Source of the DNA: Nitrospirota bacterium
GTDB taxonomy: Bacteria; Nitrospirota; Thermodesulfovibrionia; Thermodesulfovibrionales; SM23-35
Reading direction: 5' to 3'
NCBI GenBank assembly: GCA_040756135.1
Contig: JBFLZS010000003.1
Location: 3,412 to 67,411 of the forward strand
Length of the DNA stretch: 64,000 nucleotides
In this document: positions 1-8,701 of the stretch, in pieces
How the letters are laid out: each line of letters opens with the position of its first letter
Numbering within the stretch: position 1 is the first letter of the stretch
The notes under the pieces: generated by a model
Told to the model about the DNA's origin: nothing
Seen by the model: only the letters and a program-made list of their open reading frames with translations
The model's database searches: none
Program-made: the position numbers and the translations under genes

Positions 1-447
1 AACCTCAAAATAATAACCGCAAACAGCAGTTATCTCAAACAGGTCAAAAACACCATTGATAATGTCATAGGAAAACACTGCTATGAGGTCTCCCATCGTT
101 TTGATAAGCCATGTTATGAGAAAGGAGAAGAGTGCGGTATAAAAGATGTCTTTGAGACAGGTGAAAAATATGGTGCGATCCATACACATCATGACAAGGC
201 GGGCAATCCAATTTATGTGGAGATAAATTTATACCCAATAAAAGACTCTTCAGGGAATGTAACTTCTGTAATAGAGTGCATAGATGATGTCACAGAAAAG
301 ATGAAACTCGAAAAAGACTTGAAAAAGAGGGTAAAGGAGCTTGAGGAATTTTATGATATGGCTGTCGGCAGGGAGCTGAAGATGATTGAATTGAAAAAAG
401 AGATTGAGAGCCTGAAGAAAGAATTGGAGAGATATAAGAAATCATGA
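1..447 (+). CDS. PAS-domain sensor protein, C-terminal part (5' truncated by window edge)
   Basis: Open frame from the window start with a GKHCYEV..H...PC...ECG PAS motif, then PAC (YPIKDSSGNVTSVIECIDDVTE) and a coiled-coil RELKMIELKKEI tail. Confidence 0.75.
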   Translation, partial: NLKIITANSSYLKQVKNTIDNVIGKHCYEVSHRFDKPCYEKGEECGIKDVFETGEKYGAIHTHHDKAGNPIYVEINLYPIKDSSGNVTSVIECIDDVTEKMKLEKDLKKRVKELEEFYDMAVGRELKMIELKKEIESLKKELERYKKS

Positions 448-504
448 AATCGGCTTGCTTCCTTGACAACACAAAAATCGAATGGTTATTATTGAACAAT
501 CGTT

Positions 505-903
505 ATGAAAAAAATAGAACCCATCAAGTACATTGAGAATGCAAAGGAGATGTTGAGGAAGTCTCCAATAGAAGATAATTACTATACGGACATGAAATAT
601 GTAAAGACAGCCTTTGGTTGTGGTTATCTTGGTGTTTTAAAAGCGCTGGATGAGTTCTTAATAAGCAGGGGCTTGGAGAAAAGCAAGTTACCTAAAAAGA
701 TTGAGGAATACTCAAAGGCATTAAAGAAATATGGCGGAATGTATAATGGCAAATTAATGAGACAGTTTGATGCCTTATATGATGAGTTACATATAGGAGG
801 TTATTATAGAGGGACGCTTCGCTCTGTAAAGGTTGTAAAAGAGGCATTATCGGATGCAAAGAATTTTATTGAAAAACTCAGAAGTCTTACTAAGGAAATT
901 TAG
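505..903 (+). CDS. DUF5618-like (HEPN-like) small protein
   Basis: 132-aa ORF; YxDxKYVK..GxxYLGVLxALD and LHIxGYY motifs recalled for this family. Confidence 0.6.
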   Translation: MKKIEPIKYIENAKEMLRKSPIEDNYYTDMKYVKTAFGCGYLGVLKALDEFLISRGLEKSKLPKKIEEYSKALKKYGGMYNGKLMRQFDALYDELHIGGYYRGTLRSVKVVKEALSDAKNFIEKLRSLTKEI

Positions 904-953
904 CAGGCCCTGTAGGGCAATTAGATAAGATTTAAAGCAGTATTGAATCAAGG

Positions 954-996
954 CCATGAAGGCTTTCTACCAGGAGGTAGGCTTTCATGGCTTTTT
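954..996 (+). terminator. Probable intrinsic terminator
   Basis: Hairpin ccatgaagg...gctttcatgg followed by cttttt. Confidence 0.5.
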
Positions 997-1016
997 GTTT
1001 TTAAGAGAGGTGAAAA

Positions 1017-1187
1017 GTGGATGAACTTGAAAAACTAAAGATGCTTCTTCATCACCAGATGGAACACAACAATGAGCATGCAGCGATTTACAGAGATTGG
1101 GCCGAAAAGGCATCATCCCTCGGTAATAATGAATTGTCAAGGATTCTCGACCTGCTTTATCATGAAACAAAGAATACATTTTTATAA
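1017..1187 (+). CDS. Small His-rich helical protein (56 aa), possibly C-terminally clipped by a repeat
   Basis: Not in the ORF track. GTG after AGAGGTG reads MDELEKLKMLLHHQMEHNNEHAAIYRDWAEKA...; the stop abuts the repeat at 1186. Confidence 0.6.
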   Translation: MDELEKLKMLLHHQMEHNNEHAAIYRDWAEKASSLGNNELSRILDLLYHETKNTFL

Positions 1188-1253
1188 AATCCCTCCTAAC
1201 CTCCCTTTGCCCCTTCGACTACGCTCATGGCAGGCTCCGGGAGGATGATACCC
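1186..1253. repeat. Partial palindromic element (family B) with a nested REP-like hairpin
   Basis: aaaatccctcctaacctccctttgcc-ccttcgactacgctcatggcagg-ctccgggagg, nearly identical to 20533-20590. Confidence 0.8.
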
Positions 1254-1266
1254 ATAATATATCTTG

Positions 1267-1895
1267 CTACGCCCTTGACTTCAAGAAAGAGATAAACTGT
1301 TTGGCAACATCAGATAAGGAACGTTTCTTGTTTATAACGATATAAAAATTCCGGAATAACGGAACCCCTTCAATATCAAGGATTTTAACACGCCCGGCCT
1401 CTATAGCATTCCGGGCAGCCAAGGTAGAGATTATGGATATGCCTGCTCCACTTTCAACAGATTGGACACATGCCTCGGTATCACCGACCTCAGCGACGAT
1501 GTTCAAATCCTTCATGGAGAAACCTATCTTCTCGAAGGCCCGTTCATAGGTGGACCGAGTACCTGAGCCTAATTCCCTCGCGATAAAATTTTGTACCCGT
1601 AGCTCATCCAGTGTAATTTTCCCCTTTTTTGTTAGGGGACTATCTATCGGAACAATGAGAGATAGTTTATCATCTGTTATAAATGGTACGAGATCTACAT
1701 CCGGATGCTTATAGTGCGTTCCGATGATGCCAACCTCGATCTGGCCGGTGACCACCTTGTCAAAGGTCTTTTGGCTATCGGATATCTCTAATCTGAGTTC
1801 TACGCCGGGGATTTTTTGAATAATCTCTTTCAAAAGACCAGGGATAATGAATTGCCCAGGAATGGTGCTAACACCTACTAAAAGTTTTTTTTCAT
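1267..1895 (-). CDS. Stand-alone LysR substrate-binding-domain protein (no HTH), frameshifted in an A8 tract just after the ATG
   Basis: GVSTIPG, RELGSGTR and VESGAGISIIS motifs parallel the LysR at 6064; the ATG at 1895 with a GAGG SD is 1 nt out of frame. Confidence 0.7.
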
Positions 1896-1952
1896 GGCTT
1901 TCCTCATTTTATACCAATAGATTTTTAAAAAGGCTAAATAAAGGGCCCTTGA

Positions 1953-2792
1953 TCATTCTCGTTCTGCAAACAGTGCCGCTCCATAAGCCGCATGGAAATA
2001 AGGATTTTCATGAACATAAATATGCTTTTTTAAACGCTTCTCGAGCATCTTTTTAAGGCAGGGGTTTTTTGCACAACCACCTGCAAAGACTATATCATCC
2101 TTAACATCAATCCTTTTTATGAGTGCAACAACCCTATTTACTATAGATTCGTGTATGGCATGAGCAATTAACTCTCTTTTTTCACCCTTAGTAATTAAGC
2201 TAATAACCTCGGACTCTGCAAAAACAGTACACAAACTATTTATCTTTACAATTCTGGTTTCACCTGAAAATCCCCCCATCCCCCCTTTACTAAAGGGGGG
2301 TGAGGGGGGATTATTTTCATTATCATTTGTGTCGCTATGTAACATGATTGTTTCATTGTTATAATTGTTACCGAAATCCTCTATATTGTAATTGAGGCCC
2401 TTTGCCATGATCTCAAGGAATCTCCCCGTTCCGGCTGCACAACGATCATTCATTTCGAAGTTGATAACAGCACCATCTTCATCAAGACTTATTACTTTTG
2501 TATCCTGGCCACCTATGTCTATGATTGTTCTACAGTTTGGGAATATCTCATTGGCACCTTTTGCTACAGCTTTAATCTCAGTAATGGTTTTAACATTCCC
2601 ATGAACTTCGAGTAAATGCCTTCCATAGCCTGTTGCTACGAGTTTGTCAGGTTTGTTGTAATCAAGCAGTTCTCTGCAAACTGATAGAGGGTTATGTCCG
2701 GTATCTCTCCTTTGAAATTCGAGGAAACGGCTATCCTCTAAGAAAACATATTTAATATACCGTGAACCAATGTCAATGCCGCTGATCTTCAA
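1953..2792 (-). CDS. HgdC/BadFG-type ATP-dependent activase (ASKHA, [4Fe-4S]), copy 2, with a 31-aa repeat-derived insertion
   Basis: GIDIGS, ATGYGR, IDIGGQDTK, MNDRCAAGTG and CTVFAESE motifs; paralog of 9994..10740. Confidence 0.9.
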   Translation of the reverse strand: MKISGIDIGSRYIKYVFLEDSRFLEFQRRDTGHNPLSVCRELLDYNKPDKLVATGYGRHLLEVHGNVKTITEIKAVAKGANEIFPNCRTIIDIGGQDTKVISLDEDGAVINFEMNDRCAAGTGRFLEIMAKGLNYNIEDFGNNYNNETIMLHSDTNDNENNPPSPPFSKGGMGGFSGETRIVKINSLCTVFAESEVISLITKGEKRELIAHAIHESIVNRVVALIKRIDVKDDIVFAGGCAKNPCLKKMLEKRLKKHIYVHENPYFHAAYGAALFAERE

Positions 2793-2863
2793 GCCTTTAC
2801 ACCTTTTCCAATCATTTCAAGGAATGCCTCGACCCGAGTCTTCAACTGTCCCATGTCTCCCAT
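2789..2863 (-). pseudogene. C-terminal remnant (24 codons) of a second double-cubane reductase gene
   Basis: Translates to MGDMGQLKTRVEAFLEMIGKGVKA*, versus MEDMGQLKTRIEAFLEIMEKGVKA* at the end of 8702..9997; same TTGA overlap with the activase. Confidence 0.85.
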
Positions 2864-2868
2864 ACCTA

Positions 2869-3006
2869 TTAAAATTGAATAGGCATTATTCAGAAAATCT
2901 CCCCTCTCCCCTCTTTGCCAAAGAGGGGTATTATTCCTCCCTTTGGCAAAGGGAGGTTAGGAGGGATTTTACAAATCAATGTATTTATTATTTTGAGACT
3001 GTTAAT
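2869..3006. mobile_element. MITE-like element (family B), one TIR truncated
   Basis: ctctttgccaaagagggg and ctccctttggcaaagggagg palindromes; right end ttttgagactgttaat matches the TIRs at 42580/42726. Confidence 0.8.
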
Positions 3007-3866
3007 ATATTCTTTTTCAGTGCCATAGAAATGGCTTTTGGTATATGCCTTATGATCTCTGAAACCTGTGTTCCTGGATTGGGATGAGCAAGCTGTCCTG
3101 CTATGCGGTTAATTCTTGCAGCCAGTATAGCTGCCTCCTCAATTGCATACCCTCCATAAATCAGGGCCGAGACGATACCAGTCAGGGTATCACCGGTGCC
3201 TCCTATAGCTTCCAGTGCTTCCACATTGGGTTCTTCGATAATAGCTACAATCTCCCCTTTACTACAGATATAATCTTTTTCCCCTTTTACAATCATGGCC
3301 TTTGAGGCATTTTCACCCTGATAGGCTCTGGAGATTAGAGATGGGACATTGCTTTCCTCATGGCAGATAAATCCTCTTGTGTAAAAAGGGTGAGGGGCCA
3401 TATCATCAGCAAGAAAGGCAAGTTCTCCAATGTCTGGTGTAAAGAGGTCATATGATGGTGCATACCCGCTCATCTTTGCCACATACATAAATCCTGCATC
3501 GGCAATGAGTATGGGACGCTCTGCTCTTTCTTCAATGGCCCAGAAGACCTTATTATGCCAGTTGACATCAGGCATGAGATAATGAAAGGTGAGTACCTTA
3601 GCTGGAAGGTCGGTAAGTCTATTCTTTAGATACTCATATAGTCTTCGACTGCCATCTCCGAGACCAATGTCCCCCACTGTAAACCCGATGGGCGAAGAAA
3701 GTCCTAACTCTGCACAAACAATGGCAGCAGCCCCTATCATGGCTTGAAAGCCACGGTGAATAGGAAAGGACTCCCCTCCAATGGTGAGATTACCATCCTT
3801 TATTAAAATCTCTCTCGAAATAACAGGAAGGTTCGGATAGGGGATTGTGCCAATCAGAGCAAGCAT
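2988..3866 (-). CDS. YjeF C-terminal/ribokinase-like 'sugar kinase' family protein
   Basis: GGTGDTLTG anion-hole motif, IADAG, FTPDIGEL. Confidence 0.7.
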   Translation of the reverse strand: MLALIGTIPYPNLPVISREILIKDGNLTIGGESFPIHRGFQAMIGAAAIVCAELGLSSPIGFTVGDIGLGDGSRRLYEYLKNRLTDLPAKVLTFHYLMPDVNWHNKVFWAIEERAERPILIADAGFMYVAKMSGYAPSYDLFTPDIGELAFLADDMAPHPFYTRGFICHEESNVPSLISRAYQGENASKAMIVKGEKDYICSKGEIVAIIEEPNVEALEAIGGTGDTLTGIVSALIYGGYAIEEAAILAARINRIAGQLAHPNPGTQVSEIIRHIPKAISMALKKNILTVSK

Positions 3867-4393
3867 TTCTTTTTCAACTCCTCATAGGCCATATGTAAGG
3901 CATAGGCGCAAAGCGTGTGTCCGATTTCCTTTGGAGAAGGAGCCTCTTTAAGAATTTTCCCAACCAACTCCTCAGACACATAAGGAACATCAGGACAGCC
4001 GCCTCCTGAGATATTTACGATCTTTAAGGTATTTTTCTCCACAGTCATCTTCATATTGGCAGCCCGTACCATAATATAATCTCCGTAATCCTTCGTCCTG
4101 AATAAATCTATGGGCTTCATGAGTGGATTATCCACCGGAACTATCTCGATCGGAGGAATCCTGTTTTCCTTAAGGAGCCTGAGTATATTTAGCTGTTCCA
4201 CAAGCGGAAATTCGATGACCAGATCACAGCCTGTTCGAAGCTCAGGAGGGGGGCCCATGACACGGACATTCCATCCCCTTTTCTTTAGGATCGTTTCTGC
4301 CCGGATGACTTCACTCGTATTATGAAAGACGAGAAAGCCCCGATCAGGACTTTTCCCCTCCTTTCTTTCTTTTTTGGTTTTAAATATGGGCAA
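3854..4393 (-). CDS. DUF3343 family protein with Cys motifs
   Basis: F.NTSEVIRAE, PPELRTGCDL, SGGGCPDVP and TLC motifs. Confidence 0.7.
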   Translation of the reverse strand: MPIFKTKKERKEGKSPDRGFLVFHNTSEVIRAETILKKRGWNVRVMGPPPELRTGCDLVIEFPLVEQLNILRLLKENRIPPIEIVPVDNPLMKPIDLFRTKDYGDYIMVRAANMKMTVEKNTLKIVNISGGGCPDVPYVSEELVGKILKEAPSPKEIGHTLCAYALHMAYEELKKKCLL

Positions 4394-4395
4394 GA

Positions 4396-4614
4396 TTACT
4401 CCTTCCTGAGGACGAGAATATATCCCGAATCATGTGGCCTGATCTCTACCACTTTCCACCCCTCATTTTTTGCCAGACGGCCTATATTCTCACGAGATGT
4501 ATCCGTATCCACCATAACCTCAAAAGTTCCGCTTTTAAGCTCCTTCATCTTTTGACGAACCAGTATTACCGGCTGCGGGCAGGAAAGCCCTTTTGCATCA
4601 ATCTGTTCAGCCAT
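4396..4614 (-). CDS. TusA/SirA/YedF-family sulfur (selenium) carrier
   Basis: IDAKGLSCPQPV signature. Confidence 0.9.
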   Translation of the reverse strand: MAEQIDAKGLSCPQPVILVRQKMKELKSGTFEVMVDTDTSRENIGRLAKNEGWKVVEIRPHDSGYILVLRKE

Positions 4615-4651
4615 AATGACTCCCCCTTATTAATCCGAAGAATGCAATTCG

Positions 4652-4801
4652 TGGCAGGCATGTATGCAGCAAAAGCTCTTGAGCAGAACCTTTGTGAGCG
4701 GGTTAAAGACTTAAATCCAGTACGTTTTCATTCGTATCGCTTAGACACAATACAAACGCAAATCCTGCATTCAAGAGGTTTTGATGCATATGTGCCTGCC
4801 A
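4652..4801. repeat. 31-bp imperfect inverted repeat pair between yedE and yedF
   Basis: tggcaggcatgtatgcagcaaaagctcttga (4652-4682) versus the reverse complement of 4771-4801, tggcaggcacatatgcatcaaaacctcttga. Confidence 0.8.
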
Positions 4802-4811
4802 TCTTTTAAAA

Positions 4812-5921
4812 TCAAATGCATGTTCGGTTTAAATTTTTTTCCCTCATAGTAAGGCCAATATAAAAACATACCAGGAGTCCAATGATTACAGCATGTGGTC
4901 CATAAAGTCCCACACCTGCTGGTGAGCTTGCTAGAGAAAAATTATGGGAAAATCCAGCACCGATAATCATGCCGAGCACAAATATGGCAGCGTCACCATC
5001 TCCTTCGCCTGCCAGAAATAGCTGCCTTCCGGGGCAGCCACCCGCAAGCGCAAAGGCAAGACCAGCTAAAGACATGCCAAGGAAATTCCAGATCTGGTTT
5101 GTTTGGGCTATAGGCTGACCTGCAAACCCTGCATGGAATTGGCCAACAATAAGATTGGTTATAAAGGCTGCAATTAAAAAGGCAAAGGCTCCACTTGCAA
5201 GGTGAAAATTGCGAATAAGTATAATGTCCCTGATAGCACCCATTGTGCAAAACCTGCTCCTCTGAGCCAGAAAACCTATAGCTAATCCGATAATAATGGA
5301 AAGAGCTATTGGAGCATGCATGGAGCCAGGGCCTTTCTCACTGAAGAATATAGGTCCTGATTTCCCCCCATCTCCCATTAGCGGGGCAATGACAAGAAAG
5401 GCAAAAAAGCTGAGCATAATCAGGGGCATGACCCAGCCAACAGAGGTGTATGTATTTTGATTTCTTCCAAGGTTATAGCCATTCTTAAGAAAAAGAACAC
5501 CTACAGCCACCCCTGCCACGAGGCCGGCAAGGCCAAAAATGGCATTGCCATCTCCACCAGCAAGCCTCAGGAGCGTCCTCCATGGACATCCAAGGAAGAC
5601 TAAGGCGCCAATCATTGCAAAAAATCCTAAAATAAAACGAACAATAGGGGCAGAGCCAACCCTGGGTCTGAACTCCTTAAAGATATAGGCAGCAATCAGA
5701 GAGCCTAATACAAAACCGATAATCTCAGGGCGAATGTACTGGACAACGGCTGCACGATGCAATCCAAGGGCCCCTGCAATATCCCTTTCAAAACATGCGA
5801 CACAGATGCCCATGTTAGGAGGGTTACCCCACTTCTGAAGCAAAGGTGCAAGAATACCGATGCAGATACCCACCAGAATAATACCCCATCGAGTTCCAAA
5901 AAAAGTTTTAAGATCAGACAT
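4812..5921 (-). CDS. yedE: YedE/YeeE-family putative selenium/thiosulfate transporter
   Basis: GNPxNMGICVACF, LGCPWR, QRSRFC and GGCPGRQ motifs; multiple TM segments. Confidence 0.85.
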   Translation of the reverse strand: MSDLKTFFGTRWGIILVGICIGILAPLLQKWGNPPNMGICVACFERDIAGALGLHRAAVVQYIRPEIIGFVLGSLIAAYIFKEFRPRVGSAPIVRFILGFFAMIGALVFLGCPWRTLLRLAGGDGNAIFGLAGLVAGVAVGVLFLKNGYNLGRNQNTYTSVGWVMPLIMLSFFAFLVIAPLMGDGGKSGPIFFSEKGPGSMHAPIALSIIIGLAIGFLAQRSRFCTMGAIRDIILIRNFHLASGAFAFLIAAFITNLIVGQFHAGFAGQPIAQTNQIWNFLGMSLAGLAFALAGGCPGRQLFLAGEGDGDAAIFVLGMIIGAGFSHNFSLASSPAGVGLYGPHAVIIGLLVCFYIGLTMREKNLNRTCI

Positions 5922-5961
5922 AGGTGAATCCCTTTCTCCTTGAGATTATATAAATTATAGT

Positions 5962-5999
5962 CATAGAAAAAATAGATAAGTCAAATAGATAATTTCGAT
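5962..5999 (-). promoter_or_regulatory. Putative LysR box overlapping the yedE promoter
   Basis: Reverse complement atcgaaattatctatTTGACTtatctattttttctatg then TATAAT; resembles the motifs at 7035 and 8629. Confidence 0.6.
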
Positions 6000-6063
6000 A
6001 ACAAAAACAGTTTCGATGGGAATTAACTATTTTGTAGATGAATTGAGTGTGCTAAAATTAGAC

Positions 6064-6957
6064 ATGGATATTCATGAGCTAAAGGTATTTGTGTCGGTAT
6101 TTAAAAACAAAAGCTTTACAAAGGCTGCTGAGGAGATTCATCTGAGTCAGCCAACCATAAGTGACCACATCAAGTCGCTCGAAGAGGAATTTAACTGTAA
6201 GCTATTTGATAGATTAGGAAGAACGACCATTCCCACAAAGGAAGCTGAGGCATTATATAGTCACGCGGAAGAAATTATAGAAAAAGCCGGTACCCTTAAA
6301 GAGGTCGTCGGGCAATTTAAAAAGGAGATCGCAGGCGAGTTGATCATCGGTGCAAGCACAATCCCGGGCACATATCTAATGCCTCCCATGATGGCGGTAT
6401 TTCAGAAAAGATATCCATCCATTTCCTTTCAGATACTTGTATCCGATTCAAGAGATATTGTGGAAAAAATATCAAGACACGAATTACTCATGGGATCTGT
6501 AGGTGCAAAAATAACTAACGCACAGATAAATTACACTCCTTTTATAGATGACGAATTAATCGTTGTATCCTCACCATCTCTCATAAAAAAAGAAGAGATG
6601 ACAATAAGGGAATTAATCGAATTTCCCATGGTCCTGCGGGAGGAAGGATCGGGTACAAGGAAAGAGACAGAAAAGATTCTGGAGGGCAAAGGCATCTCTT
6701 TTGAAAACATTAAAATTGCAGGTATTTTTGGTTCAACAGATGCAGTAAAACAGGCTGTAAAAGCAGGAATGGGGGTTTCAATACTATCAAGATTCTCTGT
6801 AACTGACGAATTAAGATATAATATACTCAAGGAGATAAGGCTCAAAGATATCAAAATGAAACGAAAATTTTATCTTGTAACACATAAAAAAAGGACACTC
6901 CCCTCTATATATAATATCTTCATAGAACATATTAAGACTGAGTCAAAGAAAATCTGA
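6064..6957 (+). CDS. LysR-family regulator (selenium/sulfur-metabolism-associated, CysL-like)
   Basis: SFTKAAEEIHLSQPTIS HTH, GASTIPG and REEGSGTR; ATG 6064 preferred over 6016. Confidence 0.9.
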   Translation: MDIHELKVFVSVFKNKSFTKAAEEIHLSQPTISDHIKSLEEEFNCKLFDRLGRTTIPTKEAEALYSHAEEIIEKAGTLKEVVGQFKKEIAGELIIGASTIPGTYLMPPMMAVFQKRYPSISFQILVSDSRDIVEKISRHELLMGSVGAKITNAQINYTPFIDDELIVVSSPSLIKKEEMTIRELIEFPMVLREEGSGTRKETEKILEGKGISFENIKIAGIFGSTDAVKQAVKAGMGVSILSRFSVTDELRYNILKEIRLKDIKMKRKFYLVTHKKRTLPSIYNIFIEHIKTESKKI

Positions 6958-7034
6958 ATCCTCCAAAAATCATAGTCAGCACCGCTGCCCTCTATAAAAT
7001 TTCCCATGCAATTCATCTATAGGTTTATATTGTT

Positions 7035-7079
7035 CATAGATATTTCCTATTTGACATATTTAATATATCTATGTAAATT
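7035..7079 (+). promoter_or_regulatory. LysR box (ATAG-N7-CTAT) plus sigma70 promoter
   Basis: catagatatttcctatTTGACA-17bp-TAAATT. Confidence 0.7.
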
Positions 7080-7157
7080 TTTAAATACTACTGCCTGTGT
7101 TGTCTGCCAACATGGCAGATGCAAAGACCTTAATTCCTGTAATTATGGAGGTAACCC

Positions 7158-8555
7158 ATGGCTGAAGTCATAGCAAAAGTTATTGAACCGAGATTAGATA
7201 AGATAAGAATTAGAAGAAAAGAGGTTTCAGATCCAGGCATTGATGAGACAATAAAAAAACTTACTCCGGAAAAGATAGAAAAGGCAATTAACGCTGTTTT
7301 GAATCTGAGAAGGAGTGCCGCGACATTCGCAGCTCCTTTAGAGACATGCATCCATTGTGCCCTATGTTCGGGGGCATGCCACCACTATCTCTCCCATGAT
7401 AAAGATCCCACATATGCACCTGTAGCGAAAGTAAGGATGACTCTATGGGAGATGATAAAGAGAAAAGGAAAGGTTAGCCCGGAATTCATAAAACAGTGTG
7501 CGAGAATAGCCTTTGCTGAATGCAATCTTTGCCGCCGTTGTAGTATGTATTGCCCCTTCGGGCTCGATATAGCCTTTCAGATGGGCATGGTTCGCCGCAT
7601 GTGTTTTGTGCTCGGCGTGGTGCCTCAAATTTTAATGGATTATGTCAACAGCCTCTCTGCTACCTTGACCCAGTTATGGATAAACCAGGCAGACTGGATT
7701 GATACCATGCAGTGGCAGGAAGAAGAGGCAAGATCAGAGATAAAAAATGCCCGGATCCCTATTGAAAAAGAAGATGCTGATGTAATGTGGTTAACTATCG
7801 GTACAGAACCCAAAATAGCTACCTATCATATTGCCCGTATAACAAAAATTATGAATGTTGCCGGCATTGACTGGACAGTGCCTGCAAGGGATGGATGGGA
7901 CCATTTTAATGCGGCTATGTTTGCACGTGACATGGAGACGATGCAGAGGGTTGTTCGTGGACTTTTTGAAAATGCCCTCCGATTAAGGGTGAAACGAATA
8001 GTAGCGAATGAGTGTGGACATGCAATTACTGCCACAACTTATATGGCACCGCCTCTCCTGGGATGGAAAGAAGGTTCATCACTTCCTTTAGAAACCCTTC
8101 ATGCCGTTGAGTTTTACTATGAGCTTGTCAGCACTGGAAGAATAAAGATAGATAAAAATAAGAAACTTAAAGGTCCGGTTACCATCCAGGATCCATGCAA
8201 CCTCGTAAGGCTTAGAGGTGCAGGAGAGAAGATTAGATACCTTGTCCGTGAAACATTTGATGGTGAAATTATAGAGATGCAACCCAACCGTGAGCACAAT
8301 TTCTGCTGCAATGCTGGTGGAGGGTTGGTTGCCGCTGGCCCGCCATGGAAAGGTATCAGAGTTGAGAGTAATCGCATAAAAGCCGAACAAATAAAAGCTA
8401 CGGGCTGTCACATTGTAGTGACGCCGTGCCATAACTGTTATGTCGGTATTAATGACATAATGAAGTATTATCATCTCGATGGCCATGCAAAATTTTTAGA
8501 TGAAATTATAACCGAAACAATGGAGATCCCTGAGGAGATGAAGGCAGGGGGTTAA
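7158..8555 (+). CDS. HmcF/TmcB/HdrD-like (Fe-S)-binding oxidoreductase
   Basis: CxxCxxCxxxC twice, ECGH, QDPCNLVR, CCNAGGG and PCHNC (CCG domain). Confidence 0.85.
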   Translation: MAEVIAKVIEPRLDKIRIRRKEVSDPGIDETIKKLTPEKIEKAINAVLNLRRSAATFAAPLETCIHCALCSGACHHYLSHDKDPTYAPVAKVRMTLWEMIKRKGKVSPEFIKQCARIAFAECNLCRRCSMYCPFGLDIAFQMGMVRRMCFVLGVVPQILMDYVNSLSATLTQLWINQADWIDTMQWQEEEARSEIKNARIPIEKEDADVMWLTIGTEPKIATYHIARITKIMNVAGIDWTVPARDGWDHFNAAMFARDMETMQRVVRGLFENALRLRVKRIVANECGHAITATTYMAPPLLGWKEGSSLPLETLHAVEFYYELVSTGRIKIDKNKKLKGPVTIQDPCNLVRLRGAGEKIRYLVRETFDGEIIEMQPNREHNFCCNAGGGLVAAGPPWKGIRVESNRIKAEQIKATGCHIVVTPCHNCYVGINDIMKYYHLDGHAKFLDEIITETMEIPEEMKAGG

Positions 8556-8628
8556 GTATCATGAGGGACATTTATGTTAATATTGTTTCTAATCCTTGTA
8601 AATCATTACCTATAACTTCCGCATTTTA

Positions 8629-8674
8629 CATAGATATTTCCTATTTGAATTATTAATCATATCTATTTTAAATT
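8629..8674 (+). promoter_or_regulatory. LysR box plus promoter
   Basis: catagatatttcctatTTGAAT..., first 20 bp identical to 7035. Confidence 0.7.
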
Positions 8675-8701
8675 TAAAAAACTCATCTTAAGGAGGATTA
8701 A

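Noticed and set aside
2770..3087. 105-aa ORF with LPSPLFAKEG..SSLWQRE
   Set aside because: Translation of the family B element; the same applies to 59102..59338
4432..4809. 125-aa plus-strand ORF
   Set aside because: Antisense to the yedF-like gene and spans the inverted repeat; no motif
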